A stretch of DNA of 64,000 nucleotides from Patescibacteria group bacterium (GCA_040384705.1 JAZKIU010000001.1:25907-89906), one strand, 5' to 3'; shown: positions 17,130-26,636, counted from the stretch's first letter. Program-made: numbers and translations. The notes: a model not told the origin generated them from the sequence alone.

Positions 17130-17397
17130 AGTTGATGTTGAAACGCTTATGCTCGCCCGTTGCTGGTAACCATTTCACTTGCACGTCTTCGACATGCGAG
17201 AGGAGCGAGCCTTTCCTGAGCTTGAGAACATACCGCTCGAGCTGGGCGCGCGGACCCTCCGCAATTACCCGCACGGTACCGTCCGGCAGGTTCTGCACAA
17301 AGCCTGTGAGCTTGAGGCCGTTCGCCTTGCGCTGCGCGAAGTCCCGATACATCACGAGCTGAACGCGACCGGAGACGATAGCTTCGAGGCGTTCCAT
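17122..17397 (-). CDS. acyP: Acylphosphatase
   Basis: SGRVQLVMYR, GFVQNLPDGTV. Confidence 0.9.
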   Translation of the reverse strand: MERLEAIVSGRVQLVMYRDFAQRKANGLKLTGFVQNLPDGTVRVIAEGPRAQLERYVLKLRKGSLLSHVEDVQVKWLPATGEHKRFNINYD

Positions 17398-17470
17398 AGG
17401 AGTTAAGAACCAAGCCTACCCCGGGAGGGTTACTTCAAAAAGGGGGTGAAGTGCGATAAGGTAGCCGTAC

Positions 17471-17547
17471 GCGCGATTAGCTCAGTTGGTTAGAGCAATC
17501 CGTTTACACCGGAAAGGTCGGGGGTTCGAGTCCCTCATCGCGCACCA
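17471..17547 (+). tRNA. tRNA-Val(TAC)
   Basis: GCGCGAT/ATCGCGC acceptor stem, loop TTTACAC, encoded CCA. Confidence 0.95.
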
Positions 17548-17552
17548 GGTGA

Positions 17553-17590
17553 GCAAAGAGGTCGAACGCAGCTGCGTTCGACCTCTTTGC
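17553..17590. terminator. Perfect 38-bp palindrome between convergent tRNA genes
   Basis: GCAAAGAGGTCGAACGCAG|CTGCGTTCGACCTCTTTGC. Confidence 0.6.
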
Positions 17591-17594
17591 GTTG

Positions 17595-17676
17595 TGGGTA
17601 TGAGAGGATTTGAACCTCCAAGGATTGCTCCATACGCTTCTGAGGCGTACGCGTATACCAGTTCCGCCACATACCC
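17595..17676 (-). tRNA. tRNA-Leu(CAG)
   Basis: GGGTATG/CATACCC acceptor stem, TACGC-CTCAGAA-GCGTA anticodon arm. Confidence 0.95.
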
Positions 17677-17689
17677 ATTCGGTCGCTTG

Positions 17690-17761
17690 TGCCCCGAGCT
17701 GGAATCGAACCAACATCCACGGCTTAGAAGTCCGCTGCACTATCCATTGTGCTATCGGGGC
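17690..17761 (-). tRNA. tRNA-Arg(TCT)
   Basis: GCCCCGA/TCGGGGC acceptor stem, loop CTTCTAA. Confidence 0.93.
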
Positions 17762-17778
17762 TCCTTTACCTTATCGTC

Positions 17779-18087
17779 TTATTTGCTCGGGTCAACGAAA
17801 TGGTACTCGCTGCGGTAGCGGGCTTCTTCAGCTGCGCGCGAAGCGAATATCCCCTGCACCGCTTCGAGCGCGGAGACGTCGGGCGCCTGCGCCTCGATTA
17901 CCGCGTCGCCTACGAGCTGCCCGCTCGTCACTCTCATGAACATCCACACGTTCCAAGCGACACTCGCGAGCAGGACTATGAACGCAATCGTAAGCAGTGA
18001 GAACCAGTCGCGTATCGGACGGCGACGGCCGTTCCGAGCGAAATGCGGAAGCGCGAGACTCTTTGGGAGATGGAGTTTCATGTTCAT
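17779..18087 (-). CDS. Single-TM hypothetical protein, last gene of the pilM operon (PilP position)
   Basis: Overlaps the stop of the PilO-like gene; one TM helix. Confidence 0.6.
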   Translation of the reverse strand: MNMKLHLPKSLALPHFARNGRRRPIRDWFSLLTIAFIVLLASVAWNVWMFMRVTSGQLVGDAVIEAQAPDVSALEAVQGIFASRAAEEARYRSEYHFVDPSK

Positions 18088-18608
18088 GGTTTGGTTGGTG
18101 CCTCGGTGACGGCAACTGAAATATTCACCGACGCGGTCCAGGCGCTTCCGGTGGTCGGTGGCTTATCGAGCGTAAGGTTCACGATGCGGCTGTCGTACGG
18201 ACCGTACTCGATGGCGCCGAGCGTGCGCATGACCGCATCGAACGAACCGAGGATACGGAGCGAGATGATGATACGCCCGTCGGCGCCTGGCTTATCCGAC
18301 ACAGCAACCACTTCGGCCGCTGAGCCCAGTTCCCTGCCCGTGCCCTCGATGCGCTCGAGGAACGGGACGATGTCGACGAGCGGTATGGAATACCCCTTGA
18401 TGGCGGCCTCGTCGCTCGCGAGCGCAGTGAGTGCATCGCTCGTCTCGGCCGCGACCACCGTGTCATGCATTATCTTATCTATCTCCGCCTGGAGCGCGAC
18501 CGAGCGCTCCGTCGCCTTCTCGACCGTGTAGTACCAGAAGGCGTAGAGCCCGAGTACGCCTACGAGAAGCGCGATGGATACGATGAGATGGGAGAAGGAG
18601 CGGTTCAT
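18084..18608 (-). CDS. PilO-like type IV pilus assembly protein
   Basis: TM plus coiled coil plus LRILGSFDAVMRTLGAIE motif; position in the operon. Confidence 0.7.
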   Translation of the reverse strand: MNRSFSHLIVSIALLVGVLGLYAFWYYTVEKATERSVALQAEIDKIMHDTVVAAETSDALTALASDEAAIKGYSIPLVDIVPFLERIEGTGRELGSAAEVVAVSDKPGADGRIIISLRILGSFDAVMRTLGAIEYGPYDSRIVNLTLDKPPTTGSAWTASVNISVAVTEAPTKP

Positions 18609-19165
18609 GGCAGGAGGGTACCGGTGAGGGTAACGGTGAACGCGATGTCGCGCTCCTTCGCGTACGAGGAAATGGGAAGCTCGGCCTTCGTGACGAACGG
18701 AAGCGTGCCGAGCGTCTGCACGTACTGGCGGAGCGCATCGCGGCTAGCGGCTACGCCCACGAGCGTCATGCGGTTCGTTCCCGGCGTGACGGAAGGCGTG
18801 AACGTGAATCCTTGGATGCTGATGCCTGGGCGCGGCACCAAGAGCACCGCTTTCACGACCCCCGCAGCCGTCGCCTGCGTTCCCAGCACCTGGAGCTGCT
18901 TGGCCTTGGCCTTGAGCGCATCGACGCGACCCTTGAGCTCCTGCTCGCTCGTCGCGCTCGCTGCTATCTGCAACGTCGCGAGCTGCTCCGCACGCGACCC
19001 TGCCTGCTGGACGACGTATATATATGACGGGAGGAGGAGCGCCCCATGCACCACGATGAGTGCCGTGAGCAGGCATATCGCCACGACGATGACGCGGAAG
19101 ACGTAGTCCCGCACGAGTCCGTGCTTCCTGTCACGCGGAAGAAGATTAGTGAGGTCAGTTTGCAT
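18605..19165 (-). CDS. PilN-like type IV pilus assembly protein
   Basis: N-terminal TNLLP PilM-binding motif, TM helix, LVGVAASRDALRQY. Confidence 0.8.
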   Translation of the reverse strand: MQTDLTNLLPRDRKHGLVRDYVFRVIVVAICLLTALIVVHGALLLPSYIYVVQQAGSRAEQLATLQIAASATSEQELKGRVDALKAKAKQLQVLGTQATAAGVVKAVLLVPRPGISIQGFTFTPSVTPGTNRMTLVGVAASRDALRQYVQTLGTLPFVTKAELPISSYAKERDIAFTVTLTGTLLP

Positions 19166-20246
19166 AGGTACGAAGCGCGAGCCCTATGGCGGTCGCGTAG
19201 GCGAGGGATTCCATGTAGTCGATAGGCGGGAGCCACTCGTCACGGGATGCTAGGTTCGTGAACACGTCACCGAGCTCGACCGGGAGACCGAGGTTCGTCT
19301 CAAGATATTCTGCAAGGCCGCGCACCGTCGCATTGCCGCCCACGAGTATCGCGCGGGTGACCGGGGTATGACCCCCTTCCCCGCCGGCCCTCGCCTGCCA
19401 GTACTGGAGTCGACGCGCTATCTCGTCGCGAATGACGGAAACGGTTGTGAGCATGGCGGCGAGGTATTCCTCGTTACCTTCCCCTCCCATGAGCCCGCGC
19501 TCGGCCTTCACCCGCTTCGCCTCCTCTTCCGTTACATTGAAATACTTCTGGACGGCGAGCGTGAGCGCATGCCCGCCGATATCGAGCGTGGTCGCGAAGC
19601 GCGGGATGCGCTTCTCCACGATGACGAGCTTGGTGGTGGTGCGCCCGAGGTCGATGATGAGGACGGTATCGGTATCCCCCACCGGAAGAAGAGCGCGCGG
19701 GAGCGAGAACGTCTCGCTCTCGACCGCTGATACCCCTACCTTCGCCTCGTCGAGCACCGAGAGCGACTCATCGATGAGGCGGTTCGCGTACGCGATACCC
19801 ACCACATGCGTGAGGTCTCCTTTCGTATCGGTCGGTGCGATATCGAAGAGTGTCTCTGCAGGAGGTAGTGGTACGTACTCATCGATATGCGCCTCGACCG
19901 CAGCTCGCCATTCGCTCTTCTTGGTACCCGGCACGTCCGCTTCGAAGAGATAGCTTCTCGATTCGGAGAGTGCGATGTGTGCGTACCGAATATTATGCTC
20001 CTTCGCGAGCGTACGTATCGCGTTCACGACCGCCGCGCGGTCCGCTATCTCGCCACCGTTCATCGCGCCGAGCTCGAGACGGCCATCGCCGAAGTCGGTG
20101 AGCTCGAGACCATCGAGCTTTTCGCTTATCACCGCGAGCTTTATCCCGCTTGCGGATATGTCGATGCCCGCCGAGAGCGGTGCAAGGTATCTAGGCGCGG
20201 CGAATTCGACGCGCATGAACCGTTTGAGAGAATCGTTGAGCGCCAT
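19155..20246 (-). CDS. pilM: Type IV pilus assembly protein PilM
   Basis: GIDISASGIK, IIDLGRTTT, ILVGGNA, YATAIGLALR; start set at ATG 20246. Confidence 0.9.
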   Translation of the reverse strand: MALNDSLKRFMRVEFAAPRYLAPLSAGIDISASGIKLAVISEKLDGLELTDFGDGRLELGAMNGGEIADRAAVVNAIRTLAKEHNIRYAHIALSESRSYLFEADVPGTKKSEWRAAVEAHIDEYVPLPPAETLFDIAPTDTKGDLTHVVGIAYANRLIDESLSVLDEAKVGVSAVESETFSLPRALLPVGDTDTVLIIDLGRTTTKLVIVEKRIPRFATTLDIGGHALTLAVQKYFNVTEEEAKRVKAERGLMGGEGNEEYLAAMLTTVSVIRDEIARRLQYWQARAGGEGGHTPVTRAILVGGNATVRGLAEYLETNLGLPVELGDVFTNLASRDEWLPPIDYMESLAYATAIGLALRTYAN

Positions 20247-20283
20247 GCTCCGAAAATTATACCGCACGCACTCGCACGCGCGC

Positions 20284-20622
20284 TTAGTGAGTACCTGTTC
20301 CAGGCGGAACCTGCCGGTCAGGCACCATGAATGCGAAGGTCTCGCCTTCCCCTGCGGCGAAGAGCATACCGTTGCTCTCAAGCCCTTTGATGGTACGGGG
20401 CTCGAGGTTCGTCACGAAGGAAAGCTGGCGACCGATGAGCGTCTCGGGCTCGGGAACATACGCATTGATGCCCGACACTATCTGGCGCGGCGCTTCTTCC
20501 CCGAATTCCACCATGAGGCGCAGCAGCTTATCGGTCTCGGGAACGCGCTCTGCCGATATGACGGTGCCGACCTTCACTTCTATCTTCGAGAAGTCATCTA
20601 TGGAAATGCGTGGCTTATCCAT
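20284..20622 (-). CDS. Stand-alone tRNA-binding OB domain (MetRS C-terminal / Trbp111 / CsaA-like)
   Basis: ISIDDFSKIEVKVG, DKLLRL, RQIVSGI, NLEPR, SNGML. Confidence 0.9.
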   Translation of the reverse strand: MDKPRISIDDFSKIEVKVGTVISAERVPETDKLLRLMVEFGEEAPRQIVSGINAYVPEPETLIGRQLSFVTNLEPRTIKGLESNGMLFAAGEGETFAFMVPDRQVPPGTGTH

Positions 20623-21016
20623 GGTTCGCGTGGGAAAGGTAGCTGGTAAGTATGAGGGCTGCTGCGGACGAGTCCACGTTGCCGCTCTTGCGGATGTGCA
20701 CTCCTTCGAAATCCCGACGGGCCTCTTGGGTAGTAAACGTCTCGGGCTCGTAGAAGACGGGAACGCCAGTGCGCTCGGTAAGCGCCTCGGCGAACGCGCG
20801 CGCGTCCTTGGCGACCGGGTTATCGGTGCCCGCGAACGAGCGGGATTCCCCCACCACGATCGCTTCCACCTTCTCCTTCTGGATGAGGCTCACGACTTCA
20901 TCGAGCGTTCGGCCATCGTTCCCCATGATGCTGTGCGGGAAGCCCATGGTGCCCGCGTCGTCTGAGAGCGAGAGCCCTATCCGCTTGGTGCCATAATCTA
21001 TGCCGAGGTAGCGCAT
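20615..21016 (-). CDS. yqgF: YqgF/RuvX nuclease
   Basis: YLGIDYGTKRIGLSLSD, ETFTT, VDSSAAALIL. Confidence 0.93.
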   Translation of the reverse strand: MRYLGIDYGTKRIGLSLSDDAGTMGFPHSIMGNDGRTLDEVVSLIQKEKVEAIVVGESRSFAGTDNPVAKDARAFAEALTERTGVPVFYEPETFTTQEARRDFEGVHIRKSGNVDSSAAALILTSYLSHANHG

Positions 21017-21067
21017 ATCCGCATCCTACACGCAGGCCGGGCTCTGTGCTATAGAATGTAGGTTCTC

Positions 21068-21155
21068 GGAGGAGTGGCAGAGTGGTCTATCGCACCTGTC
21101 TTGAAAACAGGAGTGCCGCAAGGTACCGTGAGTTCGAATCTCACCTCCTCCGCCA
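21068..21155 (+). tRNA. tRNA-Ser(TGA)
   Basis: GGAGGAG/CTCCTCC acceptor stem, CCTGT-CTTGAAA-ACAGG, long variable arm, encoded CCA. Confidence 0.96.
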
Positions 21156-21199
21156 AAAGGCTTCTTATTGCCGTTTCGAGTCGTGCTAGCATTTTTAGT

Positions 21200-21700
21200 A
21201 TGAACAAATATTTAATCGTCGGAGTGGTGGCGATTTTGGTAGTTGCAGGTGGGTGGTGGTATGTAACTCAGCCGCACGCAATGGAACAGAGAACGCGTGA
21301 GGCTGGCCCCAACCGTACATACGCGTATGAGAATTCAGATAGTCTCGAATCTCTGAAATCGCCAACCGGAAAGTACGCAATTATGTACGACGCGCAATCT
21401 AAAAGTTCATTTCGTATCGTGGACACATCAACTAAAAAGGTCCTCTCTGACTACACCCCAAAGACAGGTAGTGCCATAATCTGCGAGATGGTTTGCTACC
21501 CATTTGCTCTATGGATGGACGACACGAAACTCGTTATCGGCTCTTATAGTCTGGTCAATCGCGCATGGGGACCAGATAATCCAGCAAAACGCCACGAGAC
21601 TGTTGTATTTGATGTCTCTACAGAAACGTACAGAGTAGCGACTGAATTGGAGATAAACCAATCTGGACTGTATAGCGATAAGAATCTCCCGTTTGAGTAG
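21200..21700 (+). CDS. Membrane-anchored hypothetical protein, lower GC
   Basis: MNKYLIVGVVAILVVAGGWWY anchor; TGCTAGCAT 7 nt before the ATG. Confidence 0.7.
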   Translation: MNKYLIVGVVAILVVAGGWWYVTQPHAMEQRTREAGPNRTYAYENSDSLESLKSPTGKYAIMYDAQSKSSFRIVDTSTKKVLSDYTPKTGSAIICEMVCYPFALWMDDTKLVIGSYSLVNRAWGPDNPAKRHETVVFDVSTETYRVATELEINQSGLYSDKNLPFE

Positions 21701-21766
21701 ATTCGCAGGACATTTGTGCGCAGCCGACACTTCACATACGTTCGAGTGATATCATGAGCGCATACC

Positions 21767-22240
21767 ATGCCTCGCCCGCCGCTCTACGATTGGGAAGGAA
21801 CGGAATACTCGTTCGAAGAAAAAGGCGCCGACTGGTACTGGGCGCTCGGTATCATCGCGGTCGCAGCGATAATCGCCTGCATCCTCTTCAATAACATCAT
21901 CCTCGCGCTTCTCGTGGGCGCTGCGGCTTCCGCAGCTGCGCTCCAAGCAGCGAAGCACCCGCGCACCCACCACTTCGCTATATACGATCGCGGCCTCGCT
22001 ATCGATGACCGTCTCTACCTGTTCGAGGACATGCTCTCCTTCTCGGTGCTTGAGTATGCGGACGAGACGCTCCCACCATCGCTTTCTATAAAGACGAAGC
22101 ATTTCCTCGCCCCCCACCTCCTCATCCCCATCGAAGGGTACGACCCGGTCGAGATATACGCCTTCTTCCTCGAGCATGTCGAGGAGGGCCACCATGACGA
22201 GTCAGTCGTGGACCACTTCGTCGACATGCTCCGTTTGTAG
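21767..22240 (+). CDS. Hypothetical two-TM protein of a type common in CPR
   Basis: WEGTEY..EKGADWYW, two TM helices, PH-like C-terminal region. Confidence 0.75.
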   Translation: MPRPPLYDWEGTEYSFEEKGADWYWALGIIAVAAIIACILFNNIILALLVGAAASAAALQAAKHPRTHHFAIYDRGLAIDDRLYLFEDMLSFSVLEYADETLPPSLSIKTKHFLAPHLLIPIEGYDPVEIYAFFLEHVEEGHHDESVVDHFVDMLRL

Positions 22241-22286
22241 GAGCTTCTTGCGAATAGGCGACTGAAACGATAGAGTCAGGCGTATT

Positions 22287-22358
22287 GCTCCCGTCGTTCA
22301 ATGGATAGGACGCGAGTTTGCGGAATTCGTAATGATGGTTCGATTCCATCCGGGAGCA
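22287..22358 (+). tRNA. tRNA-Arg(GCG)
   Basis: GCTCCCG/CGGGAGC acceptor stem, CGAGT-TTGCGGA-ATTCG anticodon arm. Confidence 0.9.
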
Positions 22359-22391
22359 CCGAAAAATTTTGTGCTATAAGATGAGGCGTCA

Positions 22392-22463
22392 GCTCTCGTC
22401 GTTCAATGGATAGGACGCAAGCCTCCGAAGCCTGAAATGCAGGTTCGATTCCTGCCGAGAGCA
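22392..22463 (+). tRNA. tRNA-Arg(CCG)
   Basis: GCTCTCG/CGAGAGC acceptor stem, loop CTCCGAA. Confidence 0.93.
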
Positions 22464-22502
22464 CCGCATATAAGAAAAGAGCCCCTCTCGGGGCTCTTTT
22501 CT

Positions 22503-22766
22503 TTAGGCCTTCGCCCGCGCTATCGCTTTGGCGAGCCTCGACTTCTTCCGGGAGGCTGCGTTCTTCTTGATGATGCCGGTCTTAGCCGCCTTATCGATGG
22601 CCTTGTATGCCGCCGAGAGGGACTTCTCCGCTTCCTTGGTGTCGGTCGTGATGAGCTTGCGGACGACTTTGGTCGTATCCACGAGCGCACGCTTCCTGCG
22701 CACGTTGAACACGTGCTTCCGGAGGGAGGCGCGGTGCGCTTTCTTAGCTGATTTCGTGATTGCCAT
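22503..22766 (-). CDS. rpsT: 30S ribosomal protein S20
   Basis: KSAKKAHR, IDKAAKTGIIKKNAASRKKSRL. Confidence 0.97.
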   Translation of the reverse strand: MAITKSAKKAHRASLRKHVFNVRRKRALVDTTKVVRKLITTDTKEAEKSLSAAYKAIDKAAKTGIIKKNAASRKKSRLAKAIARAKA

Positions 22767-22864
22767 GTGTCCGGAATACTACTATCGAAGCCCTTTAAAG
22801 ACAAGTTCTTCGGGGCACAGGCCGCCTCAACCCTGTCTGTTGCGAGGAGTGGTACGATAGACGC

Positions 22865-23416
22865 ATGATCCGGGAGATAAAAGGCATGGTCCTCTCTATA
22901 GAAGCCGCCGGTGCGGTCATCGACGTGTCCGGGTGGGGCGTATTCGTATTCCTCGCCAATCCCCTCCTCCTTACTGAAGGCACGGAAGTCCGTCTGAAGA
23001 CCCATCTAGGTATCAAGCAGGATGGTATCGACCTCTATGGATTCCCGACCGAGGAGGATAGGCACTTCTTCGAGCTTCTAGTAACAGTGCCAGGGGTCGG
23101 ACCCAAGACCGCCATGGGAATACTGCGCAAGGCGCCACGCGAGGCGCTCGAGGGCGCGATAGGGTCGCGCGATATCACGTACCTCACCCGCGTCATCGGT
23201 CTCTCGAAGAAGGCGGCGGAGAAGTTCGCCATCGAGCTCTCGGAGAAGATAGGCGCGAAGGCGGTGCATGGTGACGATGATGCGGAAGTCTTCGATACGC
23301 TCGTGGCGCTCGGATATACCGAACGCGAAGCACGCAAGACGCTTTCTTCCCTTCCCGCGAGCGTCACCGGGAAGGACGCACGCCTGAAGGCCGCGCTTAC
23401 TTCCGCCTCACGCTAG
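22865..23416 (+). CDS. ruvA: Holliday junction branch migration protein RuvA
   Basis: LYGF, VPGVGPKTA, LVALGY. Confidence 0.95.
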   Translation: MIREIKGMVLSIEAAGAVIDVSGWGVFVFLANPLLLTEGTEVRLKTHLGIKQDGIDLYGFPTEEDRHFFELLVTVPGVGPKTAMGILRKAPREALEGAIGSRDITYLTRVIGLSKKAAEKFAIELSEKIGAKAVHGDDDAEVFDTLVALGYTEREARKTLSSLPASVTGKDARLKAALTSASR

Positions 23417-23418
23417 CT

Positions 23419-24690
23419 ATGGGCGCGTTGAAACGACTCATAGAAGCACTTGTTCCCCGCCAGCTCTATCGCACGCTCGTGCGTCCCTACCATTTCCTCA
23501 TCACATGCCTGGCCGCATTTCGCTACGGCTTCCCCGCGAAGAAACTGACGGTCATCCTCGTCACCGGCACCAAAGGAAAATCTTCCGTGACCGAGATGCT
23601 GTTCGCGACTCTGCGTCATGCGGGCATCAAGACGGCAGTCGCTGGCACCATACGCTTCGCGATAAACGACGAGACGCGCCCGAACCTCTATAAGATGACG
23701 ATGCCTGGCCGTGGGTTCATCCAGGCGTTCCTCGCAGAAGCGGTCGCGAAGGGCGCGACGCATGCGGTGATAGAGGTGACGTCCGAAGCCACGCTCCAGT
23801 ACCGCCACCTCTTCCTGTTCCCGAACGCGCTCGTGTTCACGAATCTCCAGAAGGAGCACATCGAGTCGCATGGCTCGTTCGAGAAGTACGCGAAGGCGAA
23901 GCTTTCCATCGCGAAGGAGCTCGTTAATTCCTCGAAGCGTCCACGCGCTGTCATCGCGAACGCGGATAACGAGCACAGCGCTCCGTATCTCGCGCTTCCG
24001 CTTGAGAACGTGCTTCCATTTTCGTACGCCGATGCGACCGATGTCGTACTTCATCCCGGCAGCGTCTCCTTCTCCGTGGACGACACCCATTTCGATATGC
24101 ACCTGCCCGGCAGCTTCTCCATAATGAACGCGCTCGCCGTCATACGTGCAGCACGCTTCTTGGGTGTGCCACTTGGGGCTATCGCAGACGCGCTCGTCAA
24201 GCTCGAACGAATACCTGGACGCACCGAACGCATAGAAGAAGGCCAGGACTTCCATGCCATCGTCGACTACGCGCACACCCCTGACTCGCTCGCAGCGCTC
24301 TATGCGGCATACCCGAGCCGGAAGATATGCGTGCTCGGCAACACAGGAGGCGGGCGCGACACCTGGAAGCGTCCTTCTATGGGCGCTATCGCGGACCAAG
24401 AGTGCGACGAGGTCATCCTCACGAACGAGGATCCGTACGACGAAGACCCCGCGGATATCGTCGACGCCATGGCAGCCGGCATGAAGCGCGCACCGAAGAT
24501 AATCATGGATAGGCGTGAAGCTATACGTACTGCGCTTTCGCTCGCACGCACCGGCGACGCCGTACTCGTCACCGGCAAAGGGACCGACCCTTATATCATG
24601 GAGGCGAACGGCATGAAGACTCCCTGGAGCGATGCGGAAGTCGTGCGCGAAGAACTCCGGAAGCTCAAGGGTACCCCTGGTAGTATGTAG
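23419..24690 (+). CDS. murE: UDP-MurNAc-tripeptide synthetase (MurE family)
   Basis: VTGTKGKSS, EVTSE, VDYAHTPDSL, GNTGGGRD, TGKG. Confidence 0.88.
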   Translation: MGALKRLIEALVPRQLYRTLVRPYHFLITCLAAFRYGFPAKKLTVILVTGTKGKSSVTEMLFATLRHAGIKTAVAGTIRFAINDETRPNLYKMTMPGRGFIQAFLAEAVAKGATHAVIEVTSEATLQYRHLFLFPNALVFTNLQKEHIESHGSFEKYAKAKLSIAKELVNSSKRPRAVIANADNEHSAPYLALPLENVLPFSYADATDVVLHPGSVSFSVDDTHFDMHLPGSFSIMNALAVIRAARFLGVPLGAIADALVKLERIPGRTERIEEGQDFHAIVDYAHTPDSLAALYAAYPSRKICVLGNTGGGRDTWKRPSMGAIADQECDEVILTNEDPYDEDPADIVDAMAAGMKRAPKIIMDRREAIRTALSLARTGDAVLVTGKGTDPYIMEANGMKTPWSDAEVVREELRKLKGTPGSM

Positions 24691-24692
24691 CT

Positions 24693-25628
24693 ATGGGAAG
24701 CGACGGTATCCTCTTTGCGACGGTCATCATCTTCTTCTTTCTCCTGTGGTTCGTCTCGGGCGGCCCGACGAAACCTATCTCCTTCTCAGGCCCGTATATC
24801 ACCCCGATAACGGATACCGGCCAGACGCAGTTCGGATACGATGAGGGACAGTGGTTCGGTGGTAATTCAACCGGAGGCGCCGGTCTCTTCGGTGGCCAGC
24901 AGAGCATCCAGGGTATAGGCAGCGTGTTCTCAGGTGATGCAGATAAGGCAAAGGCATTCGGCGACCCTTCGCCGTATCGAGGTCAGATAACGATCACGAG
25001 CGTCTCGAGCGGCACAGGACCGAACGACGAATACGTCACGCTCCAGATGTCGAGCAGCGCGACGGGCCCGCTCACGATAAGCGGATGGCGATTGCGCAGC
25101 GATGCGACCTATAAGGCCGGGACAATACCGAACGGTGCGGAGACGCCGAAGACCGGAGTGAATTCAACCGGGCCCATCACGCTCCAGCCCGGCGACCGCG
25201 CAATCGTCCTTACGGGCGAGGCGCCCACCGGCGTCTCCTTCCGTGAGAACATATGCGTCGGCTATTTCTCGAAGCGGCAGGCGTTCTATCCCTCGCTGAG
25301 CGGTAGTTGCCCTTCGCCGATGCAGGAGTTCGATCGATATTACGTCGGGAACAAGCTCGCGGACGATTCCTGCTACCAATATGTCCAGACCATCTCGCAA
25401 TGCGTCTCCCCTACCGATACACCCAATCTGACCGATAGGTGCGAGGAGTTCATCGACGACTACCTCGACTACAACGGCTGCGTCGCAGCGCATCAGCAGG
25501 AACCAGGATTCAAGAGCCAGGACTGGCGTATCTATCTCGAGCGCAGTGGCGACTTGTGGAAGTCGGACCGCGAAGCGGTGAAGCTCCTCGATGCGAACGG
25601 GAAAACGGTAGACCTCTACACGTATTAA
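24693..25628 (+). CDS. Exported protein with lamin-tail-like domain and Cys-rich insert
   Basis: N-terminal TM helix, DEYVTL...ISGWRL, LLDANGKTVD. Confidence 0.7.
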   Translation: MGSDGILFATVIIFFFLLWFVSGGPTKPISFSGPYITPITDTGQTQFGYDEGQWFGGNSTGGAGLFGGQQSIQGIGSVFSGDADKAKAFGDPSPYRGQITITSVSSGTGPNDEYVTLQMSSSATGPLTISGWRLRSDATYKAGTIPNGAETPKTGVNSTGPITLQPGDRAIVLTGEAPTGVSFRENICVGYFSKRQAFYPSLSGSCPSPMQEFDRYYVGNKLADDSCYQYVQTISQCVSPTDTPNLTDRCEEFIDDYLDYNGCVAAHQQEPGFKSQDWRIYLERSGDLWKSDREAVKLLDANGKTVDLYTY

Positions 25629-25646
25629 GGATATAACTTTTGGACT

Positions 25647-25719
25647 GCGCCCGTAGCTCAGTCGGTAGAGCAGCTCCCTTTTAAGGAGACGGTCCCTGGT
25701 TCGAGCCCAGGCGGGCGCA
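25647..25719 (+). tRNA. tRNA-Lys(TTT)
   Basis: GCGCCCG/CGGGCGC acceptor stem, loop CTTTTAA. Confidence 0.95.
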
Positions 25720-25775
25720 CACAATAGACAAAGTGGGTTTCTAAGATAGAGTCATCTCAGACTCCTGGAGGGACC

Positions 25776-26186
25776 ATGGAAAAGACGCCTCGAATCCTCG
25801 TCGTTGATGACGAGGCCAGTTGGATCAATAATATCGTCGCCGCGTTCGCTGATACCGAGCACGAGATTGTGACCGCCTCAAGCTATATGGAAGCGGGCAT
25901 ATTGCTCGATGAGTCCGCGTTCGACCTCGTTATTTCAGATAACCACATGAAGGTCTCTAACGCTGGACTCGAGCTACGTGAAAGAATGTGGCTCAAGAGC
26001 CAGGAACATATCCCGTTCATTCTCTATACATACGATGATTCGCCGCACATTACGGAGAGTCTCAAGAAGCACGGCAACGCCTGGCATCGCACTAAAAGCA
26101 CAGTGCCTCCGGCTCGCTTAGCGCGTTTTGCTATGAGCGTTCTCCGCAAAAGGGGACGCGAACTGCCTCACGAGGATTCCTCGTGA
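25776..26186 (+). CDS. Orphan single-domain response regulator receiver
   Basis: RILVVDDE, FDLVISD, GLEL, PFILYT. Confidence 0.8.
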   Translation: MEKTPRILVVDDEASWINNIVAAFADTEHEIVTASSYMEAGILLDESAFDLVISDNHMKVSNAGLELRERMWLKSQEHIPFILYTYDDSPHITESLKKHGNAWHRTKSTVPPARLARFAMSVLRKRGRELPHEDSS

Positions 26187-26193
26187 GGCAGTT
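26161..26193. terminator. Bidirectional palindromic terminator
   Basis: AACTGCCTCACGAGGA-T-TCCTCGTGAGGCAGTT then a T-run. Confidence 0.65.
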
Positions 26194-26207
26194 ATTTTTT
26201 ATTCTCG

Positions 26208-26627
26208 CTAGCTTGGCGCGATAACGCGAAGATAGTGCGCAATCGACATGCAGGGAATTATCATCCCTTCTTCCCCGATACTTCCCCTGACCTCCACGAA
26301 ATCTCCTGCCATGAGCGCGAACGCGTCCGCCATGTTGTCTCGCGCGGCACAGGTGGGTAGCCCCATGGAAGGCACCGCGATGACAGCGATGCCTTCGGTC
26401 TCGCTGAGGATGGTCACGAGCACTGGACCATCCACCATGGCTTGTTCGGTCTCCACGGATATGACCGTGCCGCTCACTGCCCTATCTCCCGAAGCCACTT
26501 GGTCTTCAGGCGCCATCTGGGGTGCGCCCTGATCGAGAACAACCTGGCGTGGGTATTTTGTAAGTACGGTGTACAGGCCGGCAGCCACAAGCGCCAGGAT
26601 AATAACTGCGATAAGTGTCTTGTTCAT
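26208..26627 (-). CDS. Membrane-anchored OB-fold-like hypothetical protein
   Basis: TM anchor, GTVISVE...GDFVEVRG, two Cys. Confidence 0.7.
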   Translation of the reverse strand: MNKTLIAVIILALVAAGLYTVLTKYPRQVVLDQGAPQMAPEDQVASGDRAVSGTVISVETEQAMVDGPVLVTILSETEGIAVIAVPSMGLPTCAARDNMADAFALMAGDFVEVRGSIGEEGMIIPCMSIAHYLRVIAPS

Positions 26628-26636
26628 ATAGGTGGA

